Of a stretch of DNA of 64,000 nucleotides, positions 10,144-23,019 are shown one piece after another. Where the stretch lies: NCBI GenBank assembly GCA_963769025.1, contig CAVYKI010000003.1:992001-1056000 (forward strand). Direction: 5' to 3'. Origin of the DNA: an uncultured Verrucomicrobiae bacterium (GTDB taxonomy: Bacteria; Verrucomicrobiota; Verrucomicrobiia; Chthoniobacterales; Chthoniobacteraceae). The notes beneath the pieces were generated by a model. The model searched no databases and had not been told where the DNA came from. It saw only the letters and a list, made by a program, of their open reading frames with translations. Position 1 is the first letter of the stretch. Each line of letters begins with the position of its first letter. Position numbers and translations under genes: made by a program.

Positions 10144-11580
10144 TCACCAAGCCCGCTCGATCGAGCGGCGCTTCCACAGGAACTCGAACATGTTCCCCTC
10201 GTGCGGCTGATCCCACGAGATGGCCATCGTCGAGATCGGGCCGATGTTCAGGCGATCGATTTCCCCGAACGCCTCCAGTTCGCCGATGAATTTCGCGTCC
10301 TTCGTGATCGCCGACACCGCAAGCGAGTAGCCGATTTTGCCGAGCATCTCGGACTGCGGGCACTGCACGACGCTGGCGTACGGGCAGAGGAATTCCTTGT
10401 TCGACAGCGGGTGCGCGAAGCTCTCGCAATGCACGATCGTCGGGCGCAGATACACGCCGCCCTCGAACTCCACCCTGCGCGGGCCGCCGCGGTACTTCGC
10501 CGTCGCGTCGGTCGCGCCAGGCGTCTTCAGCCCGTCCTCGATTTGCGCGTCAATGAAGTCGGCCATCTTCACATTCGCGAAGCCGGAGAGCCGCGCGTTC
10601 GGGTCGTCGTTCCTCGTCGGCTGGATCGGGCCGAGCTTCTGCGCGAGCGCGTCGGCGATTTCGGCGGCGTATTTCGGCACGACGACGGCGCTCGCATTGA
10701 TGCACGAGCGGCCGCCGTTGTCGCTGATCGCCCCGGCGATCACGTCGATGTAGTCGCGCCAGTTCTCGATGCAGTCGTCGCCGATGATGAATTTGCTCCA
10801 GCCCGGCCCGTGGAGCTGGATCGCCGGGTTGTTCGCGTACTGCGCCATCGTGTTTTTGTCGCCGAAGATGAGCGCGCGCCCGCAGCTCTTCAAAATTTCG
10901 CCCGCACCCTCGTGGTCCGTCGGGTAAAAGCCGAATGCCTCCGCCGGCACGCCCGCCGCGATGAATGCCTGGATGAGCCGGAACGGCGTCCACGGCTCGT
11001 CGCGTCCGGGCTTGATGACCACCGGCGTCTTCAGCGCGATGGCCGGGAGCCAGAGCGAATTCACCGCGGGCGAATTGCTCGGCATCACGAGCCCGAGCGC
11101 CTCGCACGACGGGAAAAAGGAGAGCTTCGTGCCGAACTGCTCGCCGAATCCCTTGTCGATGATCGTCATGTCGAGCCCGCGCGAGAGGCCGTTCAGGATC
11201 ACGTCGAGATGCGTGAGCGCGTAGTGAATCTTGGTCATGTTGCGCCGCACCATCACGTGCGGCAGCCCGCTCGTGCCGCTGAGCGTCGCGACGTATTCAT
11301 CCGCCGACTGCGTGTGCCCCTTGTCGCCGAGCGGCAGCGTGCCGTTCAGGAAAAACTCGCCCGCCTTCGCCGACATCGCGATGAGTTCCGCGACGGTGAA
11401 TTTCTTCAGCGCCGCCCGCGCGTCGCCGAGCTTGCGGAAGTCCTTCCGCAGAATGCCCGCGTTGATCGAGGACACGACCGCCTTCACCTCGCCGGTGCGG
11501 TGATCCTTGATTTCGAGCTTGTCGAGGCTCTCGTAGCTGCGGCCGAGACGGAGGACGGGAAGATGCGGGACGGTGCTCAT
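10144..11580 (-). CDS. Aldehyde dehydrogenase superfamily protein (acyl-CoA reductase/LuxC-like)
   Basis: VMPSNSP, VIKPG, NGGRSCINAS (catalytic Cys) and EFLCP motifs; the usual ELGG is replaced by HGPG. Confidence 0.8.
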   Translation of the reverse strand: MSTVPHLPVLRLGRSYESLDKLEIKDHRTGEVKAVVSSINAGILRKDFRKLGDARAALKKFTVAELIAMSAKAGEFFLNGTLPLGDKGHTQSADEYVATLSGTSGLPHVMVRRNMTKIHYALTHLDVILNGLSRGLDMTIIDKGFGEQFGTKLSFFPSCEALGLVMPSNSPAVNSLWLPAIALKTPVVIKPGRDEPWTPFRLIQAFIAAGVPAEAFGFYPTDHEGAGEILKSCGRALIFGDKNTMAQYANNPAIQLHGPGWSKFIIGDDCIENWRDYIDVIAGAISDNGGRSCINASAVVVPKYAAEIADALAQKLGPIQPTRNDDPNARLSGFANVKMADFIDAQIEDGLKTPGATDATAKYRGGPRRVEFEGGVYLRPTIVHCESFAHPLSNKEFLCPYASVVQCPQSEMLGKIGYSLAVSAITKDAKFIGELEAFGEIDRLNIGPISTMAISWDQPHEGNMFEFLWKRRSIERAW

Positions 11581-11652
11581 AGCGGGTAGGGTTGTTGGAA
11601 AGGGACGCGATTGATACGTGAGCGTAATACCTGTGGCAATGGCTTTTTCTCC

Positions 11653-11791
11653 GTAGCCGCCGACGGAAGGAGGCGGGCTGTCCGAATGGCGAGCAACGAA
11701 TGGCCGATGGGGCGCTAAATGCCGCAGGCCGCAGGCCACCTTCGTCATTCACCATTTTTTGATCAGCCCGCCTCCTTCCGTCGGCAGCTAC
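11653..11791. repeat. REP doublet (REPIN-like), GTAG family type A
   Basis: GTAGCCGCCGACGGAAGGAGGCGGGCTG ... CAGCCCGCCTCCTTCCGTCGGCAGCTAC, a long near-perfect inverted repeat. Confidence 0.85.
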
Positions 11792-11841
11792 GGATCAACG
11801 TGCTTGGATTCCAGCCGCTCCGCCGATCATCCTGCCCCGTG

Positions 11842-12330
11842 ATGGAAATCCGCCCCGCGACCGAAGCCGACATCCCGCTGCTGCGCGATCTCGCGCAGCG
11901 CATCTGGCGCGAGTGCTACCCCGGCATCATCACCTCCGAACAGATCGAATTCATGCTCGGCTGGATGTACAGCGAGGAGGAAATCCGCAGGCAGCTCGCT
12001 GCGGGGATCCCGTGGGCGGTCGCCGAGCAGGACGGCAAGGCCATCGGCTACCTTTCTTACCAGCCCGAGCCGGACGGGCGGGTGAAGATCAGCAAACTTT
12101 ACGTGCTCCCCGCCCGGCAGCGGCAAGGTCACGGGCAGCGCCTGCTCGCACACATCTGCGAGCAGGCGCGTGCGCTCGGAGCGCGGGAAGTGTGGATGCA
12201 GGTGAACAAGCGCAACGAGCCCGCCATCGCCGCGTATCTCAAGGCGGGTTTCCGCATCGAAAGGGAGGCGGTGTTCGACATCGGCGGCGGCTTCGTGATG
12301 GACGACTTCCTGATGGCCAGGGCGCTGTGA
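11842..12330 (+). CDS. GNAT family N-acetyltransferase
   Basis: KLYVLPARQRQGHG acetyl-CoA motif A; VNKRNEPAIAAYLKAGF motif B. Confidence 0.9.
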   Translation: MEIRPATEADIPLLRDLAQRIWRECYPGIITSEQIEFMLGWMYSEEEIRRQLAAGIPWAVAEQDGKAIGYLSYQPEPDGRVKISKLYVLPARQRQGHGQRLLAHICEQARALGAREVWMQVNKRNEPAIAAYLKAGFRIEREAVFDIGGGFVMDDFLMARAL

Positions 12331-12394
12331 GCATTCGCGCGGCCGTCCTGATCGCGGTTGGCTTTCTCACATCGCCGCCTATCGTGCGCGGCTC

Positions 12395-13192
12395 ATGAAT
12401 GTTCTCTGCATCGCCGCGCTCTGGATGTGCTGTTGCATCCCGGTGTTTGCAGAGGGGACCCCGCTCGCGCAGGCGGTGGGGGAGGGAAAGTTGGTCGCGA
12501 CGATCTCAGGAAACGGCCGCGACTCCGCGATGCTGAAGCTTTCCAACGCAGGCTCCGATCCCCTCACGGTCACCCTCCCGGCCGGCTCGGTGCTCGATGC
12601 AAAAACCGGCGAGCGGCAGGTGACGCTCCGCACCTTTACGACAAAGCTCGACGCGGGCACATCAGCGGAAGCCGTCGTTCCGACTGCGGCGCTCGCGCTG
12701 AAAAATGCACCGGCGCAACATTCGCTGACGCTCGGCGGCACCCCCGAACCGCGGCTGGCACCCCTGGTGAAGCTTTTCGCGGATCAGAACGACCTGCCGC
12801 GCGGGACGGCGCAGCTCGCAGTCTTCATCCTGCTCGAAAACATCCAGTGGCCGGCCTGGCGCGCATGGGCCGCTGCGGCGACCGGCAAACTCCCGCCGGA
12901 AGCCCCGACGCCCGCCGAGGTCGCGCAGGCCGTGGATGCACTCGCGCTCGTCCGCCTCGCAGCGCCGGAAAGCAAACCCGCAATGCTCGCGAGCGAAGAC
13001 TTGAAGCGGCTCGCACTGCGCAATCCCTGGGCGCGCGCGAAGGCGATGGGGCTGTACAGCCTCACCGTGGAGGACGCGCTGACGGGCGACCCGGGGCTGC
13101 CGCCCGATCTCAAGCAACTGCTCCACACCTCGCCGAACGACAATTGCCCCACCTGCCGCCTGCGGCAGCGGATGGAAGCGGACATCCCGTGA
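12395..13192 (+). CDS. Hypothetical secreted protein
   Basis: Signal-peptide-like N-terminus (..PVFA-E), 265 aa, C-terminal CPTC; fills the gap between co-oriented genes. Confidence 0.6.
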   Translation: MNVLCIAALWMCCCIPVFAEGTPLAQAVGEGKLVATISGNGRDSAMLKLSNAGSDPLTVTLPAGSVLDAKTGERQVTLRTFTTKLDAGTSAEAVVPTAALALKNAPAQHSLTLGGTPEPRLAPLVKLFADQNDLPRGTAQLAVFILLENIQWPAWRAWAAAATGKLPPEAPTPAEVAQAVDALALVRLAAPESKPAMLASEDLKRLALRNPWARAKAMGLYSLTVEDALTGDPGLPPDLKQLLHTSPNDNCPTCRLRQRMEADIP

Positions 13193-13272
13193 GGGCGGGC
13201 GGGCGTTCGCCCTTGTAGCGCGACGGGCTAGTTGATAGCAGGGCGCTCGCTTTACCCGCCACGCACCCACCC

Positions 13273-15234
<1,962 letters not shown>

Positions 15235-15419
15235 GGGGCCGGCTGGCTGCCAGGATTGCAATTCGCCCTGGCGGCTGCGGCCCATTAACGATCGCAATGC
15301 AGATCGACGCCCGGGAATTGCGGGATTTTGTTCTTCCTCCCGGACGACGGGCTTCGAGCCAGAGACAAACGCCCGGTCGGTGAGCGGTTGGCCGGCAAAG
15401 TGACTCCCTGACCCTCCCC

Positions 15420-16229
15420 ATGCACGCCATCAAAAACATCGGCTATCTGACCGACACGATCTTCCACGATCGCGATGGTTTTGTGGAGGAGCACGCGGAC
15501 TTTTTTTCGATGCGAACTCCCACCAACCCCACGTTCTGGTTCGGGAATTTCATCCTGTTCAAGCGGGCGCCCATCGCGGGCGATTTCGACGGATGGATGG
15601 AGATTCACCGGCAGGTGTTTGGCGGCACGCTGAATCATGCGACGTTTGGTTGGGATGAACCTGCGCCGGGCTTCATCGACGAGTTCATCGCCGCAGGCTT
15701 CCGGACCTCGAACGGGTTGGCGCTCTCGATGTCCGCCTACGACGGAGGCGCGGCGATCAACCCGGATTTGACGGTGCGACAGTTGAGGGGCGCATCCGAT
15801 TGGGAGGCGATGGTCGGACAGCAGATTCAAATCGATCGCGAAGACTTTCGTTACCCCGAAGACAGCGGCTTTTTTCGGCGGACACAGATGGCGTCGCTGA
15901 GAGCCATGGCTGAGGAGGGACACGGCAATTGGTGGGGTGCCTTCGCCGGAGGCGAATTGATCGGCGGAATGGGGCTCTACTTCGATGCGGCGCGAACCGT
16001 GGGTCGTTTTCAATACGTGACCACGCGTGCGAGTCATCGTCGCCAAGGTGTATGCACGACGCTGCTCGACCGCGTGGTGAGGCATGCCTTCGAGACCGTG
16101 AAGGTGAAGCACGTGGTCATCTGCACCGGCGCGGGCGACGCGAATCCGGCCATCCCCACCTATCGAAACTTCGGCTTCTGCGAAGCGGTGCGCAGCTATG
16201 CGCTGACTCGGCGCGATGAAGTGCCTTGA
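15420..16229 (+). CDS. GNAT family N-acetyltransferase
   Basis: TPTNPTFWFGNF N-terminal domain; VTTRASHRRQGVC motif A; YRNFGF. Confidence 0.8.
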   Translation: MHAIKNIGYLTDTIFHDRDGFVEEHADFFSMRTPTNPTFWFGNFILFKRAPIAGDFDGWMEIHRQVFGGTLNHATFGWDEPAPGFIDEFIAAGFRTSNGLALSMSAYDGGAAINPDLTVRQLRGASDWEAMVGQQIQIDREDFRYPEDSGFFRRTQMASLRAMAEEGHGNWWGAFAGGELIGGMGLYFDAARTVGRFQYVTTRASHRRQGVCTTLLDRVVRHAFETVKVKHVVICTGAGDANPAIPTYRNFGFCEAVRSYALTRRDEVP

Positions 16230-16352
16230 GCGCGTGAGCCCGCTCATATGCCCGCGAAATGGGCACCTGTTTCCCAAAAACCTAAGCAACCAACTTGGAT
16301 TGCAAATTGCGAACCACCAGGGACCCCGAAGCCCCGCAATTGCAAGGCTCGT

Positions 16353-16995
16353 TCAGCGCTTCCGCAACAGGCAGCGCGAAGGCGCGCCGTCGCCTTTGTC
16401 GAATTTGATCGGCAGGCAGAGCAGGTCGTAGTTGCCCGGCTTCACCTTCGACAGGTCGAGGCCCTCGATGATCCACACCTCCGCGCCGAGCAGGATGTGG
16501 TGCGTCTCGATGCCGTCTTTGTAGAAGCCGCCGACGCTGAGGTAATCAATGCCCACCGTCTGCACGCCCGCAGTCCACGAGCACCTGCGCCGCCTCCTTC
16601 GAGATATAGACGAAGTCCTTGTCGAACTCAGGCTTCTTCCAGCTCACCGCCGAGTTGCGCGTCTTGAAGATGAGCCGCTCGCCCTTGCGCGGCTTCAGCT
16701 TCTTCAGCTCGGCGGGCTTGATGGCCTCCTTGTCCTTGATCTCGACGACGCGCGCCGGGCCGATGACGGCGTCCCACGGCAGATCGTCCATCGTCTTTGC
16801 GCCGTGGAGAAAATGCAGCGGCGCATCCATGTGCGTGCCGGTGTGCGAGCTGAAATTGACGGCCGTCACGTTGCACACGTCGCCCTTCGCCGTGCCGACG
16901 TGCATCGAGGTGAATGTCGGCGGATTTCCCGGCCAGCCGTGCATGGCATTGGAGATGGGAACGGAAACGTCGAGCCAGGGATTTTGCTTTGCCAT
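16353..16995 (-). CDS. Cyclase family protein (kynurenine formamidase-like), one frameshift near 16570
   Basis: HTGTHMDAPLH metal motif; VGIDYLSV, IIEGLDL and GDGAPSR continue in the next frame. Confidence 0.88.
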
Positions 16996-17059
16996 AGGAC
17001 GGAAGCTCAAAGCGCGTGGCTCGAAATTCAAAGCTCAAATTTCGGGCGAAGGCCGTCCC

Positions 17060-18187
17060 TTAGAACTGGATCACGTTCTTGATCCCCTGCGCCTTGCCGG
17101 TGAGCAGTTCCCGGTGCGCGCCGATGTCGTGGCGACCGGTGATCAGCGCGTTGAGGGCCGCAGGCCAGCGCTTCTTGAATTCCCCGAGGTCGCGGACCGC
17201 CTCCGCGAAATCCTCGCGGCTCGCGTTCACCGTGCCGATGATCGCCTGGTTCTTCAGCGTGATGTTCCGCATGATGTTGTCCGCGTACACCGGGATGGCG
17301 GGCTTCTGCGACGGGATGCCGGTGAAAATGAACACGCCGTTGATGCCGAGCACGCGCATGAGGTCGAAGGAGACATCCCCCTCGCCGACCGCCTCGTAAA
17401 CGAGGTCGATGCTGCCGATGTGCTGCGCGAGATCGTCCACGCCCATCTTCACCGAGGAAATGTACTCCACGCCGATCTGCTCGGCGATGTCGGCCTTGAA
17501 ATTCGGCTTCGGCGAGCGCGAGTAGGTGAACACGCGAAAGCCCTCGACGAGCAGCTTCATCGCGCCGAGCAGGCCGATCGGACCCGCGCCGAGGACGACC
17601 GCGTTGCGCCCGTGGCCGCGGCCCTTGCCGTCGCGGTTGTGATGCTCCCAGCCGGGCACGCGCTTCTGCACCAGCCACGCCTGCGAGAGACCTTTCTCCG
17701 CGATGGTGAGCGGCTCGGCCATCACCGCCACGTCGCGCAGATCCGGCGGCACCAAGGTGAGATACGGTTCCTCCTCGACGAAGAACTCCGTCATGAATCC
17801 GTGGAGCTGGTTGATCCCGCGCTCCGTGAACTGCCACGTCGCGCAGTAATCCTGCCGGCCATCGCGGCACGGCCCGCAATTCGGATCCGGGCAGGGCCGG
17901 CGCACGCTCGGCACCACGAGATCGCCGACCTTGAATTGCTTCACCGCCGACCCGACCTCGACGACTTCGCCGAGGCATTCATGGCCGAGCAGCAGGTAGT
18001 CCGTTCCCGCCGGTCCCTGGCCGTAGGCAAACGTGCAAATTTCGCGATCCGTGCCGCAGATGCCCACCTCGATTGTGCGGATTTTCACATCGCGCGGGGA
18101 GGAAATCACCGGCTCGGGATGCTCGATCATCCGCAGCTCCCGCTGCTTGGGAATGACACCGACGCCTTTCATCAGTTTGGGTTTCAT
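17060..18187 (-). CDS. Zinc-dependent glucose 1-dehydrogenase-like MDR oxidoreductase
   Basis: [12 protein letters not shown], structural Zn CxxxxCxxC-x7-C, ERGIxxxHGF, GAGPIG and GTVNA motifs. Confidence 0.85.
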   Translation of the reverse strand: MKPKLMKGVGVIPKQRELRMIEHPEPVISSPRDVKIRTIEVGICGTDREICTFAYGQGPAGTDYLLLGHECLGEVVEVGSAVKQFKVGDLVVPSVRRPCPDPNCGPCRDGRQDYCATWQFTERGINQLHGFMTEFFVEEEPYLTLVPPDLRDVAVMAEPLTIAEKGLSQAWLVQKRVPGWEHHNRDGKGRGHGRNAVVLGAGPIGLLGAMKLLVEGFRVFTYSRSPKPNFKADIAEQIGVEYISSVKMGVDDLAQHIGSIDLVYEAVGEGDVSFDLMRVLGINGVFIFTGIPSQKPAIPVYADNIMRNITLKNQAIIGTVNASREDFAEAVRDLGEFKKRWPAALNALITGRHDIGAHRELLTGKAQGIKNVIQF

Positions 18188-18477
18188 CGTGAATATTTTG
18201 GAAGGTGGAGCCCGGTTGCGACAGTGCCATGGGGACCGGCTGCAAAGGAACATATCACCCGAGAATGTCGCGAGCACAATTTTTGCGATCTTGCCCGTCC
18301 TGCGGCGACATTCGCACGCTTCGGCGGGACGCCGCCCGGGCTTTGCAGTTGACTCGCCGCAGCCCGGCAATTTTCCTCGCGGACCGCTGCTCCAACTGCC
18401 CCGGAGGGCACGGCCTGCGTTCCCGTGCGGTGACTCGCGCGCAGCCGTCCGCCGGGGCGCATCGAAACCCATCCCAC

Positions 18478-19521
18478 GTGCAAATCGAACCCTTTGGAAA
18501 AACCGCCGCCGGCGAGCCGGTGGACGCATTCATCCTCACCAACCGCCACCACAACCTCCGCGTGAAGCTGACCAACTGGGGCGCGTGCCTCGTCGAGATG
18601 CACACGCCGGATCGCGACGGCGCGATGGCGGACATCACGCTCGGCTTCGACACGCTCGATCGCTACCTCGTGAAGCATCCGCATTTCGGCGTGACCACCG
18701 GGCGCTTCGCAAACCGCATCGCGCGCGGAAAATTCACGCTCGATGGCGTCGCACACCAGCTCGCGACGAACAACGGGCCGAACCATCTCCATGGCGGTCC
18801 GACGGGATTCCACGCGCGCGTGTGGAGGGCCGAGCCGCTCGCGGAAGGACACGGCGTGCGATTTTCGTACACGAGCGCCGATGGCGAGGAAGGCTTCCCC
18901 GGCACGCTCACGGTCGCCGTGACCTACACGCTCACGGATGACAACGATCTGCGGCTCGATTACGAGGCCACGACTGACAAGCCGACGATCCTGAACCTCA
19001 CGAACCACGCCTACTGGAATCTCGCCGGTGCATGCGAAGGCGACATCCTCGGGCACGAGGTGACGTTGAATGCGACCCGGTTCATCCCCGTGGACGCCAC
19101 GGGCATCCCGACCGGCGAAATCTCCGCGGTCGCCGGCGGGCCGATGGATTTTACCACGTCAAAGACGCTCGCGAAGGACTTCGCGCAAATGACCGGCACG
19201 CCCGGCGGATACGACCACTGCTACGTAATCGAGCACGCCAGACCCGGCGCGTTGACGTTCGCTGGCGAAGCGTATGAGCCGCGCAGCGGACGCGTGCTGA
19301 AAGTCTCGACGACCGAGCCGGGCATCCAGCTTTACACGGGGAATTTCCTCGATGGCTCCGTGATCGGCAAAGGTGGGAAGGCGTGCAAAAAGAACTATGG
19401 CTTCTGCCTGGAGACGCAGCACTTCCCCGATTCGCCAAACCAGCCGTCCTTCCCGAGCACGGTGCTGCGGCCCGGCGAGACTTTCCGAAGCACGACGGTG
19501 CATCACTTTTCCACGCGCTAG
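18478..19521 (+). CDS. galM: Aldose 1-epimerase (mutarotase)
   Basis: GRFANRIA, NHLHGG, NLTNHAYWNL, QLYTGNFL and FCLETQHFPDSPN motifs; GTG start inferred. Confidence 0.95.
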   Translation: MQIEPFGKTAAGEPVDAFILTNRHHNLRVKLTNWGACLVEMHTPDRDGAMADITLGFDTLDRYLVKHPHFGVTTGRFANRIARGKFTLDGVAHQLATNNGPNHLHGGPTGFHARVWRAEPLAEGHGVRFSYTSADGEEGFPGTLTVAVTYTLTDDNDLRLDYEATTDKPTILNLTNHAYWNLAGACEGDILGHEVTLNATRFIPVDATGIPTGEISAVAGGPMDFTTSKTLAKDFAQMTGTPGGYDHCYVIEHARPGALTFAGEAYEPRSGRVLKVSTTEPGIQLYTGNFLDGSVIGKGGKACKKNYGFCLETQHFPDSPNQPSFPSTVLRPGETFRSTTVHHFSTR

Positions 19522-19528
19522 CCGGCGA

Positions 19529-20734
19529 CTACACGAGCACGCGCTCCGGGGCGACGACTTCGCGGCGCTGCGTGAGCCTCGCGATGAGGCGGTCCCAGTG
19601 TTCCTGCCCGGCGATGATCTCGATCTCCACACGGAGAAAGTAGATCGGCACCTCGGGCTTGTCCGCGCCGCCGATGCACGCGGGAAAACGGACACCGTCC
19701 TTTTCCGTCGTCACGATGAAGTCCGCGTCGCGTCGCGCGCAGCGGGCGACGAAGTCCGTCAGTTCCTGCCCGCGGAAGCGGTGATGATCCGCGAAGCGCG
19801 TCGTGATTTCGAGGTTTGCGCCCAGTTCGCGCAGCGTGCGCTCGAAGCTCTCGGGCCGCGCGATGCCGCTGAGCACGCCGAGGTATTTGTCGCGCAGGTC
19901 GGTGAGCGGGCGCCGGTCGGCGGCGTCGTAGATGTTCTGCAGATACACCGGCTTGTGGACGCATTCGACGATGTCCGCGGTGCGGTTGTATTCGCGGATG
20001 CGCTTGATGAGCGCGCGGCTCTCGCCGGGCACGGCCTTGGTGATGAGGATGCAGTTTGCGCGGCGGAGATTTGCGGGCGGTTCGCGCAGGGTGCCTCGCG
20101 GGAGGAGGAATTCGTTTCCAAACGGGGCCTGGCGGTCGATGAGGCAGATGTCGAGCCGGTGCTCGATGTCGAGATACTGCATCCCGTCGTCGAGGATGAG
20201 GATGTCCGCCTTGTGCTCCGAGACGGCGATCGCGCCGGCGCGGGCGCGGTTCTTGTGAACGAGCACCGGCACGTCGCCGAGGCTGCGCGCGAGCATGAAC
20301 GGCTCGTCGCCGGCCCACGCGGAATCGAGCAGCAGCTTTTTCCCGTCATGCACGACGCGCGGCTTGAACTTGCCGAAAAATTTCCGCCTCAGCCGGCGCA
20401 ACACCGGGAGCTTCCGGTTCTTGTAGCCGCGGCTGAGGATCGCGACGTTGCGTCCGCCGTCCTTCAGTTCGCGCGCGATGCGCTCGACGACGGGCGTCTT
20501 GCCCGTGCCGCCGACGGTGAGATTCCCGACGCTGACGACCATGACGCCGAGCTGCCGGCCTTTCCGGATGCGCATGCGGCAGAGCCAGAGCCGGAACTGC
20601 ACGCCACCGCGGAAAAGCCACGAAAGCGCGTAAAGAAACCAGCGCAGGAGCATCGCGCGCTTCCCGAACCGGCGCTCGAGGATGACGTCGGTCGCGAACT
20701 GCTCGAAGCGATCGAGATTGTCACGAAACGACAT
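19529..20734 (-). CDS. lpxK: Tetraacyldisaccharide 4'-kinase
   Basis: [43 protein letters not shown] and TTEKD motifs. Confidence 0.95.
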   Translation of the reverse strand: MSFRDNLDRFEQFATDVILERRFGKRAMLLRWFLYALSWLFRGGVQFRLWLCRMRIRKGRQLGVMVVSVGNLTVGGTGKTPVVERIARELKDGGRNVAILSRGYKNRKLPVLRRLRRKFFGKFKPRVVHDGKKLLLDSAWAGDEPFMLARSLGDVPVLVHKNRARAGAIAVSEHKADILILDDGMQYLDIEHRLDICLIDRQAPFGNEFLLPRGTLREPPANLRRANCILITKAVPGESRALIKRIREYNRTADIVECVHKPVYLQNIYDAADRRPLTDLRDKYLGVLSGIARPESFERTLRELGANLEITTRFADHHRFRGQELTDFVARCARRDADFIVTTEKDGVRFPACIGGADKPEVPIYFLRVEIEIIAGQEHWDRLIARLTQRREVVAPERVLV

Positions 20735-21587
20735 CTTCGTCCCCGGCGTCGCGGGTGCCTTCGTTGTCCGCCGTCGCGATGATGATGTGCGAGCCCGGCG
20801 GCGCCATGTCGAGCATCGCCGTGGCGATGGCGTCCGGATCGACGTTTGCCACGCAGCAGATCGTGGAGCCGCTGCCGCTGAGGAATCCGCCGAGTGCGCC
20901 CGCCCTTTCGCCGGCGGCGATGGCCTTGGTAAGGAAAGGGATCAGCGGCTCGCGATACGGCTGGTGAAGGCCGTCGGCGAAGCAGCCGCGGAGCAGATCG
21001 TAGCGCCGGTTCAGGAATGCGGCCGTGATCCGGCAGGCATTTGCCACGCTCGTCACCGCGCCTTTCCGGGGGATCGATTTTGGGAGAACCTCGCGCGCCT
21101 CCGGGGTGGAGATTTCGAAATCGGGAATCAGCAGGATGAATTTCAGCGTGTCATCCACATCGCAGCGCAGCGTCTCCGCGCCGGAGCGCGCGACGGTGAA
21201 ACCGCCGAAGGCCGCGGGCGCCGCGTTGTCGGGATGGCCCTCGAGTTCGGCGCACAGTTCGTAGAGCCGCTTCGGCCCGAGCTCCGAGCCGCTGAGCGCG
21301 TCCAGGCCGTGAAGCACGCCGAGCCGCACCGTCACACTGCTGCCGAGTCCCCGCGCGCGCGGGACTTCGCCCTCGATGCTCCACTGAAAGTCAAAGGGGT
21401 CGAGCCCGTTCGTTTTGAAAAAAAGATCCGCCGCCTCGGCGACGATCTTCGGGTGCGCTCCTCCCTCCGCGCGCCGCACGGTGACACGGTTGGAAATGCT
21501 CAGCGCGACGCCGAGGCAGTCGAAGCCGGGGCCGAGATTGGCCGTCGTCGCAGGCACGCGGGTGGTGACGCTTTTCATCGCCGCCAT
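20721..21587 (-). CDS. thrB: Homoserine kinase
   Basis: VPATTANLGPGFD, PRARGLGSS, EGHPDNAAPA and LSGSGST motifs. Confidence 0.95.
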   Translation of the reverse strand: MAAMKSVTTRVPATTANLGPGFDCLGVALSISNRVTVRRAEGGAHPKIVAEAADLFFKTNGLDPFDFQWSIEGEVPRARGLGSSVTVRLGVLHGLDALSGSELGPKRLYELCAELEGHPDNAAPAAFGGFTVARSGAETLRCDVDDTLKFILLIPDFEISTPEAREVLPKSIPRKGAVTSVANACRITAAFLNRRYDLLRGCFADGLHQPYREPLIPFLTKAIAAGERAGALGGFLSGSGSTICCVANVDPDAIATAMLDMAPPGSHIIIATADNEGTRDAGDEDVVS

Positions 21588-21753
21588 GAAACCGCCGCAA
21601 GCGCCATGCGGTCAAACGTCGAATGCGGCGCCCCACATCTTAAAATGGCACCGCGTTTTGAATCCCAGCCGCCGCATCGCATGCTCCGCAGAGGCAGACA
21701 GGGCGCTGCGCCGGGGTTTGACCCGTCGTCGGCCATCCGCTAAATGTCAGCCC

Positions 21754-22992
21754 ATGCACGCCAAGTCCCTCGGAACCACCGTCGCCGAGATTGTCGAAAA
21801 AACGCCCGTCTTCGACATCCACACGCATCTTTACGACCCGGCGTTTGGCGACCTGCTGCTGTGGGGCATCGACGAGCTGCTCATCTACCACTACCTCGTC
21901 GCGGAGTCGTTCCGCTGGATGGATGTGCCGTATGAGAAATTCTGGGCCGCACCGAAGCAGCAGCAGACGGAGTGGATCTGGAATGAGCTTTTCCTGAAAC
22001 ACTCGCCCGTGAGCGAATCGTGCCGCGGCGTGCTCACGGTGCTGAACAAGCTCGGGCTCGACGCGAACAAGCGCGACCTTCCCGCGCTGCGAAAATGGTT
22101 CGCGGGCTGGAAGCCGGAGGACTACGTCACGCGCTGCTGCGAGCTGGCGAATGTGCGCAAAATCGCGATGACGAACTCGCCCTTCGACGACACGGAGACG
22201 CCGGTTTGGGAGCGTGGGTTCACCCGTGATCCGCGCTTCGTCGCCGCGCTGCGCATCGACCCGCTGCTCGTGGACTGGCCGAATGCCGCGAAGCGGCTGC
22301 ACGGCTGGGGCTACAAGGTGAACGCGGACTTCTCCGGCCAGACCTTTGCCGAGGTGCGCCGCTTCCTCGCCGACTGGACGAAGAAAATCGACGCGCAGTA
22401 CTGCATGGTCTCGCTGCCTCCGGAGTTTGCCTTCCCGGCAAAGACGGATGCCGCGCAGATCATCGAGCACGCGATCATGCCGCACGGGCGCGAGCACAAC
22501 CAGGCGTTCGCGCTCATGATCGGCGTGCGACGCGCCGTGAATCCGCAGCTCCAGCTCGCGGGGGACAGCGTCGGCACGGCGGATGTCACGGCCGTGGAGC
22601 GGCTGTGCGCGGCGTTTCCGGAGAACAAATTCCTCTGCACGATGCTCGCGCGGGAAAACCAGCATGCGCTCTGCATCGCGGCGCGGAAATTCCGCAACCT
22701 GCACGTCTTCGGCTGCTGGTGGTTCATGAACGTGCCGAGCATCATCGAGGAAATTACGCGCATGCGGCTGGAGCTCATCGGCCTCAGCGTGACACCGCAG
22801 CACAGCGACTGCCGCGTGCTCGACCAGCTCACCTACAAGTGGGCGCACAGCCGCCCCATCATCGCAAAGGTGCTCGCGGAAAAATACGACGACCTCGCGG
22901 CGACCGGCTGGCAGCCGACACGCGAGGAGATCCAGCGCGACGTCCACGGCCTGCTCGGCGGGGCGTTCGAGGAATTCCTCGCCCGCAAGTAA
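21754..22992 (+). CDS. uxaC: Glucuronate (uronate) isomerase, amidohydrolase family
   Basis: DIHTHL, YHYLVAE, FGCWWF and QHSDCRVLDQLTYKW motifs of the Bacillus halodurans-type uronate isomerase. Confidence 0.85.
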   Translation: MHAKSLGTTVAEIVEKTPVFDIHTHLYDPAFGDLLLWGIDELLIYHYLVAESFRWMDVPYEKFWAAPKQQQTEWIWNELFLKHSPVSESCRGVLTVLNKLGLDANKRDLPALRKWFAGWKPEDYVTRCCELANVRKIAMTNSPFDDTETPVWERGFTRDPRFVAALRIDPLLVDWPNAAKRLHGWGYKVNADFSGQTFAEVRRFLADWTKKIDAQYCMVSLPPEFAFPAKTDAAQIIEHAIMPHGREHNQAFALMIGVRRAVNPQLQLAGDSVGTADVTAVERLCAAFPENKFLCTMLARENQHALCIAARKFRNLHVFGCWWFMNVPSIIEEITRMRLELIGLSVTPQHSDCRVLDQLTYKWAHSRPIIAKVLAEKYDDLAATGWQPTREEIQRDVHGLLGGAFEEFLARK

Positions 22993-23019
22993 GCCGGCGC
23001 ACACGCGTCGGACGCAGGC

